From the NCBI RefSeq assembly GCF_009914755.1, contig NC_060930.1: a stretch of 64,000 nt of DNA. One strand, 5' to 3'. The notes under the pieces are model-generated. The model had not been told where the DNA came from. It saw only the letters and a program-made list of their open reading frames with translations, and searched no databases. This document shows, piece by piece, positions 29,310 to 52,925 of the stretch (position 1 is its first letter; every line of letters starts with the position of its first letter). Position numbers and translations under genes: made by a program. This DNA is from the human T2T-CHM13v2.0 reference genome, Homo sapiens.

Positions 29310-31052
29310 CTTTTTTATTTTTCTATTATAACTTTTATTTTTTAATTTTTAATTTTAAATATTTTTTATTATTTTATTTCAATAGGTTTTTGGGGAACAG
29401 TTGGTGCTTCGTTACACGAATAAATTATTTGATGGTGATTCTGAGATTTCGGTGTACCCATTACCCAAGCAGTGTACACTGTAGCCAATGTGCAGTATTT
29501 TATCCCTCCTCCCTCCCACAACCCTTTCCCGCATAGTCCCCAAAGTCCATTGTATCATTCTTATGCCTTTGCATCCTCATAACTTAGCTCCCACTTATGA
29601 GTGAGATCATACAATGTTTGGTTTCCCATTCTTGAGTTACTTCACTTAGAATAATGGTCTCCAATTCCATCCAGGTCGCTGCAAATGCCATTATTTCATT
29701 CCTTTTTATGGCTGAGTAGTATTCCATGGTATACATACATGCCACATTTTCTTTATTCACTCGTTGATTGATGGGCATTTGGGCTGGTACCACATTTTTG
29801 CAATTGCAGATTTTGTGGCTATAAATATGCATATGCAAGTATCTTTTTCGTATAATGTCTTCTTTTCCTCTGGGGAGATACCTAGTAGTGAGATTGCTAG
29901 ATCAAATGGTAGTTCTACTTTTAGTTCTTTAAGGAATCTCCACACTGTCTTCCATAGTGGTTGTACTAGTTTACATTCCCACCAACAGTGTAGAAGTGTT
30001 CCCTTTTCATCACATCCATGCCAACATCGATTATTTTTTGATTTTTTGATTATGGCCATTCTTGTAGGAGTAAGGTGGTAGTGCGTTGTGGTTTTGCATT
30101 TCCCTGATCATTAGTGATATTGAGCATTTTTTCATATGCTTGTTGGTCTTTCGTATATCTTTTGTTGAGAGTTGTCGATTCATGTATTTAGCCCACTTTT
30201 TGATGGGGTTGTTTACTTTTTTCTTGCTAATTGGTTTGAGTCCCTTGTAGATTCCGGATATTAGTCTTTTGACGGATGTATAGATTGTGAAGATTTTCTC
30301 TCATTCTGTGGGTTGTCTGTTTACTCTGCTGACCATTTCTTTTGCTGTGCAAACATTCTTTAGTTTAATTAAGTCCCACCTATTTAGCTTTGTTTTTTGT
30401 TGCATTTGCTTTTGGGTTCTTGGTCATGAAATTTTTGCCTAAGCCAATGTCTATAAGGGTTTTCCTGATGTTACATTCTTGAATTTTTATAGTTTCAGGT
30501 CTTAGATTTAAGTCCTTGATTTATCTTGAATTGATTTTTGTGTAAGATGGGAGATGAGGATCCAGTTACATTCTTCTACATGTGGCTTGCCAATTATCAC
30601 AGCACCATTTGTCGAATAGGGTGCCTTTTTTCCACTTTATTTTTTTGTTTGCTTTGTCAAAGATCAGTTGGCTGTAAGTATGTGGGTTTATTTCTGGGTT
30701 CTCTATTCTCTTCCACTGGTCTGTGTGTCTATTTTTATACCAGTACCATGCTGTTTTGGTGACTATGGCCTTATTGTATAGTTTGAAGTCGGGCAATGTA
30801 ATGCCTCCAGATTTGTTCTTTTTGCTTAGTCTTGCTTTGGCTATGCAGGCTCTTTTTTGGTTCCACATGAATTTTAGAATTGCTTTTTTCTAGTTCTGTG
30901 AAGAATGATAGTGGTATTTTGATGGGAATTGCATTGAATTTGTAGATTGCTTTTGGCAGTATGGTCATTTTCACAATACTGATTTGACTTATCCACAAGC
31001 ATGGGATGTGTTTCCATTTGTTTGTGTCATCTATAATTTTTTTCAGCGATGT
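29310..31052 (-). mobile_element. 5'-truncated L1PB1/2
   Basis: tttttggggaacag..gtggtgatt..gagattt..gtacccat.acccaagcagtgtacac 3' end; ORF2 C-terminal peptides 29584-30998. Confidence 0.9.
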
Positions 31053-31309
31053 TTATTGCATTCTACATTATTATAGTGATTTGTAACTATGTCCCTGTTT
31101 CTCTTCTGCTAGAGTGTCAGCTCTTTGACTGCATGGACTATGGTTTATTTATTTTAGTTTTCTACAATGTATGATGTGGGACATTGCAAATATTAAGTGT
31201 TCAATTCATGTTTGTTGACACCTATTCATATGCTTAAAACAATTTGGATTCATAGTGACCCTCTCCTTTAGATGCTTGGACTGAAATTGTAAGATAATAC
31301 ATGTGTGTT

Positions 31310-35337
<4,028 letters not shown>

Positions 35338-35620
35338 CTCATATATGTTATTTTAAGCTGCTAAATTTGTGGTAATGTTACTCAGCAATAGATAACTAAT
35401 ACAATCTGTAACAGGCTCTGTTCCCTTTCTGCTTTTAGGTTAGGTTAATTGAATGATCTAGGATTATCAACGGTGGCTCAATACCATGCTCTTATCAATG
35501 GAGCTTGAGCTTGATCATGCAAAAATACCCCAGGGATTCATAGTCAAGTAGCATAGGTGCTTGAAAGTAATTAAATAAGCAAATTTATTAGATTTTATAT
35601 TCAGAATATAAATGTATTCA

Positions 35621-41440
<5,820 letters not shown>

Positions 41441-41587
41441 CTGCCTGGCTAATGTTTTAAACTTTTTTGGTAGATACAGGGTCTTGCTGTTTGCCCAGGC
41501 TGGACTGGAACTCCTGGGCTCAAGCAGTCCTCTCACCTCAGCCTCCTAGAGTGCTAGAATTACAGTCATGAAACAGCACATGTGGCC
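41441..41587 (-). mobile_element. AluJ left arm plus linker, cut by the adjacent L1
   Basis: ctgcctggctaat..tagatacagggtcttgct..gaactcctgggctcaagc..gtgctagaattacag. Confidence 0.8.
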
Positions 41588-42969
41588 CATATTGACTTAT
41601 TCTTCAGACAGTTGGAATCAATCTATTGTTAGCATGTTTGGGAAAGTTTAGATGCAAAGCTTTGTACCTCCCACATTCTGATGTATATAATGCTGTTTTC
41701 TCCTTTTTTTTTTTTCTCTTATTATATGCTTTGAGATTCTCAGGTCTGCTTCTTTTTCTGCCAGTGTTAACTGATGAAATCCCAGTACTTAAGTCTTAGC
41801 CTTCCAATCATGAATAAAGGAAGGCACTTCAATATAGGAAGGAAATGTTTGTTCCTCTTTCCCTGCACTTGCAGAGAAAAATAGAAACTATTCTTGCTTA
41901 TATTAATGCTAGATAAAAATTCTTATAAGATACCTGGTCTTCAGAGATTGTTGCGAAATACTTTGACAGTAATGTTTAACCCCTGAAAAGTTAGTAACTA
42001 ACTTTAATTGGTTGTTTTACTTAATAATGTGTTTCATTGGAAATAATTTGGATGTAGACATCACTTTCTCATAAAAGGTGTATGATTTGTGAACTCTGGA
42101 AGTCTGAAGGAAAGCCTTGGTATTTCCTTTTTATTTCACATGGTTGAGGTAAAATAAAATTACTCTGCAGATGTATTATTTAAACAAAATGCTTGTGATT
42201 ATCTTCAAATTTAAAAAAGAGCATTCTTCAGTAGTTTATCTTTTGCTATTTACTTATTTGAGGAAGTCTTTCTGTTGTTGTCACAAATAAATAATTACTT
42301 GGATGAATATGTAGTTCCTAGGTCACAGCTGTTTTATCTCATCATTCAGTAGACTTTGATTGCTTTACTGTCTTCTGGTGTATTTAGGGATGGGGAAAAA
42401 TACGAAGTCAGATATTTTCTCCAGATGCTTATAGTGTTTTCTTTATCTTTGAAATTATGAAATGTTGCAAGCCTACATACGTACATATGTATACATCTAT
42501 ATATGTAATTTTTGCATTTTATTCTATTTTTTCATAGGACTCTAAGAACACATAGGCTCAGATATTTTTGCAGCTAAGATATTTTCTTCTAGTTGATTAT
42601 TACTCTGTTTTATTTATTTTTTCTTTTTGTTCAGCACATCAGAGAAAGAATTTTTTTTCTTTTATTGAAACATTTATAATCTTAGCTGGCTTTTTGTCCT
42701 TTACCTTCCAAATATATTATCTCCTCTCATTGTTTTCTCTTTGTTTTTCTTTTATGCTTCTTGCTTTTCAATAATGATTTGCTGAGGATGGGGTGGCTTT
42801 CTCTTCTATTTCAGAGGATAGAGTATGTAATATGTGGTTCAATAACATACCACTCTATCTTGAATGGTGATGCATTTAGTAGAAATTCCACCAGTATTTT
42901 CCAAGATCTTCTTTTACCATGGGGTTCCAAGTCCAAGCTTTCACAATTTTGTCTGTCTTCAAGAGTATT

Positions 42970-43551
42970 AGTCAGTGTGGTGATTCCTCAGGGATCTAGA
43001 ACTAGAAATACCATTTGACCCAGCAATCCCATTACTGAGTATATACCCAAAGGATTCTAAATCATGCTGCTATAAAGACACATGCACACATATGTTTATT
43101 GTGGCACTATTCAGAATTTCAAAGACTTGGAACCAACCCAAATGTCCAACAATGATAGAGTGGATTAAGAAAATGTGGCACATAGACACCATGGAATACT
43201 ATGCAGCCATAAAAAAGGATGAGTTCATATCCTTTGTAGGGACATGGATGAAGCTGGAAACCATCATTCTCAGCAAACTATTGCAAGGGCAAAAATCCAA
43301 ACACCGCATGTTCTCACTCATAGGTGGGAATTGAACAATGAGAACACATGGACACAGGAAGGGGAACATTACACACCGGGGCCTGTTGTGGGGTGGGGGG
43401 AGGGGGGAGGGGAGAGCATTAGGAGATATACCTAATGTTAAATGAAGAGTTAATGGGTGCAGCACACCAACATGGCACATGTATATGTATGTAACTAACC
43501 TGCACATTGTGCGCATGTACCCTAAAACTTAAAGTCTAATAATAAAAAAAA
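42970..43551 (+). mobile_element. Short 5'-truncated L1PA3/4 3' end
   Basis: ORF2 terminus ..KHRMFSLIGGN, G-rich 3'UTR, aataaaaaaaa; no TSD seen. Confidence 0.93.
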
Positions 43552-43613
43552 GAAAGTTAAGAAGAAGTCTAAGTATTTTATTAGAAAGTTAAGAAGGAGC
43601 CTATCAGGTTTAT

Positions 43614-43901
43614 CTTTTTTTTTTTTTTTTTTTTTTGAGACGGAGTCTTGCTGTCTTGCTGTGTTGCCCAGGCTGGAGTACAGTGGTGCGTGTTCTCGGC
43701 TACTGCAACTTCCGCCTCCAGGGTGTAAGGATTCTCTTGCCCCAGCCTCCCGAGTAGCTTGGATTACAAGTGCTCACCACCATGCCCAATTTTTATAGTT
43801 TTAGTTGACCAGGCTGGCCTTGAACTCTTGACCTCAAGTGATCTGCCTGCCTTAGCCTCCCAAAGTGCTGGAATTACAGGCATGAGCCACAGCACCTGGC
43901 C
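43614..43901 (-). mobile_element. Diverged Alu (J/S) with internal deletion
   Basis: Alu body; TSD tcaggtttatctt at 43604-43616 and 43903-43915. Confidence 0.9.
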
Positions 43902-43980
43902 CTCAGGTTTATCTTATCATGTAAAATCTGTCTACATGTTAACTTGGAAGTTCAAATTCAATCATTTAAAATGCTTATGG

Positions 43981-44281
43981 AGGCCAGTAGCATTAGCTCA
44001 TGCCTGTAATTCCAACACTTTAGGAGGTCGAGGCAGGAGGACTACTTGAGGCCAGGAGTTGAGACCAGCCTGAGCAACATAATGAGACTCTGTTGCTACA
44101 AAAAAATTAAAAAGATTAGCTGGGCATGGTGGCATATGCCTATAGACTTAGCTATTTGGGAGACTGAGACCAGAGGATTGCTTGAACCCAAGCGTTCAAG
44201 GTTACAGTGAGCTACGATTATGCTATTGCATCCCAGCCCGGTTGACAAAGCCAGACCTCCTCTCTTAAAAAAAAAAAAAAA
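43981..44281 (+). mobile_element. AluJ
   Basis: Diverged dimeric Alu with A-tail. Confidence 0.9.
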
Positions 44282-45899
44282 GGATAAGCCTTCTAGAAAT
44301 CATAGTGGTATATACATCACATTTTTTTTCCTGGACATCTCTGTGGAAATTTAGTAGACTGTAATTTATTTCTCATTCTTTCATTAGTGATTACAGCCTA
44401 AATATCTCACCTCCTATTTTTTTCCATTTATTTTGTTAATAAAACATTTCCTATTAATATTCAAAAATATTAATAGAAAATATTTCTAATATTTCTGTTA
44501 GTGTTTTAAATGGTCTTAGCATATGTGCTTGGAATTAGTAATACTCACTATTTGATCTTTGAAACTTTTGCTTCCTAGGATAAAAATGTTAATCATGTTT
44601 ATATAAATTTATTATTAATAAACAATAATGAATTGTTTTAAATAGTTGTATAAATAATCCATCATCAACTTTCTAAAAATCTTGCATAATTCTGGGAAAA
44701 AGATATGTCACACATTATCAAACATGTACTATATCAATTTGTGTGAATTTTAGATTAAGAAAAACAGATTATCTTGTATGTCTAGAATTAGACTTTCTGT
44801 AGTGAGAATTCAAATGGAAAGAGTTCCTGAGATTCAGGGTTCAAAACCTTCTTGGAGAGAAAAGAAAGATGAGACAATACATGACGGTGTAATTGATTAC
44901 AGATCCAAAAGAAAACAGAAAATTACTGGCAACTGTCCAGTAATTGATTATAGATCCAAAAGAAAATAGAGTTACCGGCAGCTTATTATGTATTTATTTT
45001 TAAGTTACAAGATAAAACTTGGTATTTTATTAATTAACATTTAAAAATAAAATCTTTTACTTTCTCTTTGGGGCTGTCTTAAGCCTATGTTTACATTACG
45101 TAGGGAAGAGAATATTTTTTCTAAGATAGTTTAGAAAATGGTTTGTGACTCAAGGATTTTTGACTGTCTTTATTTATAACAAAATCTTTAGTCTCTTATT
45201 TCTAAAACCAGCAAAAGACATTTCTGAAGCTGTATATCTCCTCAAATGTATTTTTTTTTTTTTTAGCAAATAAAGAAATCAGTATTTGTGGGTCAGAATT
45301 TCTTTAGGTTTCATACTGCTGGGAAATTATATATAATTTGGTATTGGATTGTAGTGATTTTTATACTCAGGATCTCATCTTCTGTCTGCTGCAGAAATGG
45401 CTCCCTCATTCCTCTCCAGACCCTCTTAAAGTGGCATTTGCAAGACACATGCATCTCGCCTTTAACTACTGTAAACTTACTTTACATCTGACTCTCTCAT
45501 TGCAATATTATTAACCTGAGATAGTCCTGTTTGTAAGGGAATCTACATGACACATGTATTTTAGTCTCAGTTGGACCCTCCATCTGATCAAATTCTGTTC
45601 TAGATTTGTTTCAATTTTGTGATAGCAAGAATGAAAACATTATGTAGTTTCTGCTCTCTTATCTTCAGCTGGTCTTGGTGACTTGTAAGCATTACCTTGA
45701 ATTCACTGACATCACATATTCTACTCCTACTTACTAATCCTGATAAATGTTTTTCCAGTAAAAATATTCCTCTCCAATGAGGGCTGTCTGCTCAGCATCA
45801 TTCATGTGGATTTTATTGATTGGAAGCTGAATCCAAAAAGTATTTTCTCTCAGGACATAGTGCTGTGCAATTTCTCATTTGGTATTTTTTTGAATTCTT

Positions 45900-46393
45900 T
45901 TTGTCCAGTTAACAAACTATTTAACAAACTGCCCACAGAGCAAAAGGCTTAAAACAACTATTTATTACAGCTCACTATTTTCTTGATCAGAAATTTGGAA
46001 ATTTGGGTGGTACAACTATTTCCTGTGGCATTAATGGAGGTCTCTTGGTGGTATTCAGCTGGCAGATGGGCTGATCTGCAGAGCCCAAGATGGCTTTACT
46101 TACATGTCTGCCACTTTGATGGACATGGCTGGAAGACTGACCTTAGCGACTCAAGGTAAGTAGACTACTTCCATGAAGCTCAGGGCTCCTAGGGCAAGTA
46201 TTCCAAGTGGCCCAGGAAGAAGCTGGAAGGCTCCCATGACCTCGTCTTAGAATTTGTGAACTGTCAGTTCTGTCACATTCTATTGGCCAAGCCACTCACT
46301 AAGGCTAGTCCAGATTCATGGAGAGGGAAATTAAAATCTAGCCTTCAATAAGAGGAGTAGCAAAGAATTTGTGGTCATCTTTAATTTACCACA
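45900..46393 (-). mobile_element. MLT1 (H-like) MaLR LTR
   Basis: ggcttaaaacaac..tttatt; ccaagatggctt; cacattctattggccaag; aaagaatttgtggtcatctttaatttaccaca. Confidence 0.7.
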
Positions 46394-46589
46394 TTCTAAA
46401 ATTTTAGTCTAAAATTTTGTGTTAACAGTGAGTGGCATGACACAATTTAAAGTGATTAATCTGCATTCCTGAATTCACATTTATTAGTATGAGTTTTATT
46501 ATTAATTTTATGAATCAAGTTGTAGAGATGATACATGTCCTATTGACTACTGTCATTTACCCAGGGTCTATAAGCCATGAGCCAGGACA

Positions 46590-46960
46590 GTGCTATGAGC
46601 ATTATATAAATTGGCTCCAATCCTAAGAGAATTTTGCAGGGGGAGAACTATTATCTTCCTTTTGTAAGTGAGCACAGTGAGGCTCTGAGTAGTTAAGTAA
46701 CTTGCAGTATAGAGATGTGTGGAACTGTTTGAGCTCAAGTTCCAACCCAGCCATTAACTACTAGTCTGACTTTTGAGTGAGTTCTTGAAGTTACTTTTGC
46801 TTTAGTTTCCTCTCTGTAAAAAGGGTGCTAATAATAAAACTCATACCATGAGAATATAATGGGCAAATATAGACAATAAGAGCAGGACTAGGCATTATGT
46901 AAATGCCCAATAAATGTTAGCTATTATTGTTATTAGCCTAGGTCACACAGCTAGTAAAAA
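46590..46960. mobile_element. MIR fragments in both orientations
   Basis: gtgaggctctgagtagttaagtaacttg; tagtttcctctctgtaaaaaggg; caataaatgttagctattatt. Confidence 0.65.
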
Positions 46961-46970
46961 TGCTTACTGT

Positions 46971-47366
<396 letters not shown>

Positions 47367-47909
47367 TTACAGTAAACTTACAACTTGTTGAATTTGCAGA
47401 AGTAATTATTAATATCTATTTTGTAATGATGTGCAAAAAACAGGTAAACAATGTTATCTCAAAGTAGGAAGCATCTTCAATAATGTTAAGCTCTTTTACC
47501 TCCCTAATTCATTCATGTATTCATTTAACAAATATTTTTGGGGCACCAACCATGTGCCAGGGCATAAGGCTAGCCCATGAGGCTAAAATGCTGAACATAG
47601 AAGCAGTATCACATCCTTCATGAGCACATCTTTTTTATAAGCTTTGCCTTAGTTTACTCTTTTGATGTCTCATGGTTCAGGGCTGACCATGTTTATTTCT
47701 TGCATCCCAGATAACTGATCTTGCAATTGCTGTGTTGACATTAGTAAAAATGCAAGGTACTCATTTGGACATAATAGACCATCTTGCATTCAGGGAGCTG
47801 TTTAATGAGATAATGAATAAAGTATATACCTAAGAACATTTGCTAGTGAGGACAGATGAGAAATTTGAAGAATTTGGAGGTCTGTTGTCCCTTTCACTTC
47901 CCATTTTAT

Positions 47910-48727
<818 letters not shown>

Positions 48728-49219
48728 ATGCCATTCTCTAGAGCAAATTTATAGAGACAAGTAAAATGCTTTAGGGGGTTTTAGATAATAACGACCTCTC
48801 ATTCCTCTTTATGAAAATAGAAGCCTGAGAGTTGATTGGACTTTTGAATCCATAGAACTAAATTCCAATGAGTCTGGAAATTGCATCAAAGATCTGAGTT
48901 TTCAAATGTTGTTGGTCTGTATCTGTCTCATAGGGTTGCTGTTGGAGACCTGTTTGTTCACCTTCAAGCTCACTAAGTTTTGTGTCCTGTCACAGAACTT
49001 TTAAATTTTCATAGCAGTAATGCCTAACCCTCTAACAAAGTGACCTCTGACAAAGGCAGACTTACCTTTTCTGACTCTCAGAATTCCTATAACTTCTCAT
49101 CTTTTAAAAGAGTCAGGGGAAAACATATCCTGGTATTATGAATATATGTATCACTGCTGTCCTTTCCCTTGGACCACTAGCTGTATTCTTAATCATGTTT
49201 CTTAGTCATTGTTTTCCTG

Positions 49220-49603
49220 GATATCAGTCTTCTTGGGCTTCTATAACAAAATACCATAGACCGAGTGGTTTAAACAACAGTCATTTATTTTTTCACAATT
49301 CCGAAGGCTGGAAGTCCAAGATCAGGGTGTCAGCATGATTGAGTTCTTGTGAGGGCCTTCTTCCTGACTTGGAGAAGGAGATTTCTTTCTGTGTCCTCAC
49401 ATGGTAGAGAGAAAGAGAGAGAGAGAGCAACCTCGATGGTATCTCATCTTATTAGGGCACCAGTTTCATCAAGAGGGCATCATCTTCATGGCCTCATCTA
49501 AACCTAATTAACTCCAAAAGGCCCCATGTCCCAACACCATCACATTGGGGGCTTAGGACTACAACATATGAATTTTGTGGAGTCACAAACATTGTCTGCA
49601 ACA
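49220..49603 (-). mobile_element. MLT1A-type MaLR LTR
   Basis: ataacaaaataccatagac..ggctggaagtccaagatcagggtg..caacatatgaattttg. Confidence 0.85.
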
Positions 49604-50650
49604 CTGGATAAGAACAAGAGATGAGCATTAGACAAGAAATTTTCTTCTTTAGATCGTAAAAGTACACACTCTTTGTTTTACAAAGAAAGCATAAGAAGTA
49701 AAACTTGGTTGAAATTTATATGTGGGTTTCTTTGGAGAAAATCCTATTTACTTTCAAAAAAGTGTCTGATCTCAGACAAATTAAACCTTCCTGTGGGCTG
49801 ACCTTCTGTCAGGTCCTGTTGTGTGTGATAAGACAGACGAGCTCAAAGAAAAAGCATTAGACTTTTATCCTGAGTGATTTTGTTGCACTTTCCCAGAATT
49901 CATGCACAGAGAGCCTACATAATGAATAAATATCAATACATTGGTCGATATTTATGAAATGCTGCTGGATACCCAGTCCTATTCTGGTTGCTCATGGTTG
50001 TGGTGGTGTTGTGGGTGGGAATCAAGATAGATTCACTGGCCTTGAACAGTTTACAGGTTGATGGAGGAAAGCATTTGTTGCTCTAGCTCTCACCCATGTA
50101 TATGTCTATGATTTGTTTTGCCGGCTTTATACAGAATCCTCAGGTTCCCCCTCATTTAATGTGCAAAATGAAGATTCTGACAACTAAAAACAAATTGTTT
50201 AGGTGGATGCATTCTCAAGAAGAGAAGAATAAAAATAATATCAATGTTTTTGCTTCGTAGTATCCCCCTTCATATATTATATGCAGCATACATAATTTTT
50301 CATGGGAAACTAGATGAAAGAATTAGGATTAGAGGGTTTATGACTTCTTTCATTTCTTTATCATCAGACTCTGAAAGAAACTAATACCTATTTACGTGAA
50401 GAAAATGTACAATTTCTTTAGCTGTCACGGAAATGTGGTTTAAAAATATCTAGTGTGCTCTGCAAAAGCCTTGGCTGAGCTGTGAGAGCAGTCACTTGCC
50501 TGTCAGATGTCTAATTATTTCTCCCTCCTCCTCAACCACGCCAGTAGCAGGGAACCACTGAGACCATATTGTTGCCCATATGTCGGAAAGCTACTAAATT
50601 AAACCCCTGTGTAACATGCTGACAAGTCTAATGCAGTAGTTGGAGATTTG

Positions 50651-50738
50651 GTGAGTAAATTTTTCTAATCTATCTTTCCAATTGTAATGCTTTTGAGTTT
50701 TTTTTTTTTTTTTTTTTTTTTTTCTGTCTGTGGTGCAG
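50651..50738 (+). other. Candidate 88-nt intron in unique sequence
   Basis: TTG|GTGAGT donor; ttctaat branch-like motif; T26 tract; TGCAG|G acceptor. Confidence 0.5.
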
Positions 50739-51314
50739 GCTGGCTGTTCTTTGTCAAGGACTGAGATATTGTTACCACACATCAATACCAACTGAAAAGA
50801 AACTGAATATCTCGGTTGGACTGGATTTCTGCAGTTGATGAATTAGAGTTAGGCCCAAATCCCCAGTGTTAGGTGACAAAAACCTTATGTTCAGCCTGTC
50901 CTGCTCTGAAGTGTGCAGAATGTTCAGAGAGTTTGGGTTTGATACAAATGCCGTTCTATTCTTTTGCAAACCCACAGACAGTCTTCTGAAGTTCACTGTT
51001 TCATAGGCCTGGCAGAAAAGGGTCTTTCCCATATCTCCCATTTCTCTTGCTTTTACCATTATACTTTTCTTAGCATGGATAAGTTAGTATTTTAGAATAC
51101 ATTTTATGTTTTGTTTTCTCAGTTAATTGCAGGACAAGAGAACTGATTCCTAATTGTTCCTAATTTTCCCATATCTGTAAGTAACTACTATCCTAAGGGA
51201 ATGCTACTTTCCTCTTTCTTCTATCCTCCTAAGGGGAATGGGTAGTCTTTCCTTTGGAGAAGAACAAAAAGCTGGACAAACAGACAAAAAAGCAACAAAA
51301 ATACTGGACAACTA

Positions 51315-51605
51315 AAGATTTCTCAAATCTTGCTCCACAGGACACTGATGTTCCTCTAAATGTTAGTAGGTGTGTATCCTCTGCAAAGGGCTCTGTTGTC
51401 AAATACTAATGGGAAATTATGTCCTAAATCAACTTAAACAATTTTTTTTGACAACATACCTTGTAGCTACAATATGCTTATGCACATTGTGAATTTCCAG
51501 GAATGTAATCTAGTGTATGAAGTATCCAAAATCAATTTGACTACCATTTATTTATTTATTTATTTTCTGTAGAATATGTGGGTACATGGTTTGGGGAATG
51601 CTAGG
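51315..51605. mobile_element. Probable hAT-Charlie-type DNA transposon relic
   Basis: caaatcttg..ccacaggacact start; aatatgct.atgcacattgtgaat; tttggggaatgct end. Confidence 0.4.
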
Positions 51606-52277
51606 ATAAACTTCTTCTCTTTCTCTTCCTGTATCAAAGCGAATAACTGTACTGGTAGCTTAGTTTGTTTCCATTTAATGGCATTTCAAGGTATTTGTTA
51701 AACAGTGCCTACAGTATATGAGACTCTAATTGCCAGAGGAAAGGGTACTGTGAAGCAGTGAAATTATAAAATATGGATAAAATCCTGACTTGAAGGAACT
51801 TATGATCTAGTGTGTAGTATTGTACATTTGAGGCATGGCATATTACAATTGGGGAAGAGTTAAAAATGCTTCTACAGGTAGCTTCCTGCATAGGGTTGTA
51901 GTTTGTACCTTTATATATTATGTATAATTTTTCTTCCTTTTGTATTTGTTTGTGAGTGGAGTTATAAAGAGTAGTGAGGAGAGGTCATGACTTCCGAGCT
52001 GAAGATTTTTGGCAAGAAGACCCTTCCCAATGTGGCAGATTAAAAGAAAAATCTAATTTGTTATCCAACTTTTGCATGGGAGAACTGATTCCACATTGAA
52101 AAACAAAAACTCATGTTATTTGCTGATTGTAATATTGAGATAACCCTGATATATTGAGGTTAAAGACAAATGAGATTTTTTTTTTTCTGGTGACAATGAA
52201 GAAACCTATTATTAATCTCTTCAATAAGAGAGAAAACTAAAAATCTCTACAGCTCTTTAAGACGGTGGGAGTTTACC

Positions 52278-52925
<648 letters not shown>

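Noticed and set aside
41600-42960. Old L1ME/HAL1 remnant
   Set aside because: T-rich with faint L1-like motifs, but too decayed for me to call boundaries or family.
43388-43412. G-quadruplex motif
   Set aside because: Standard G-rich tract of the L1PA 3'UTR.
43614-44281. Inverted Alu pair as a strong dsRNA/editing hairpin
   Set aside because: Head-to-head and close, but both are old, diverged and one is internally deleted; a common arrangement.
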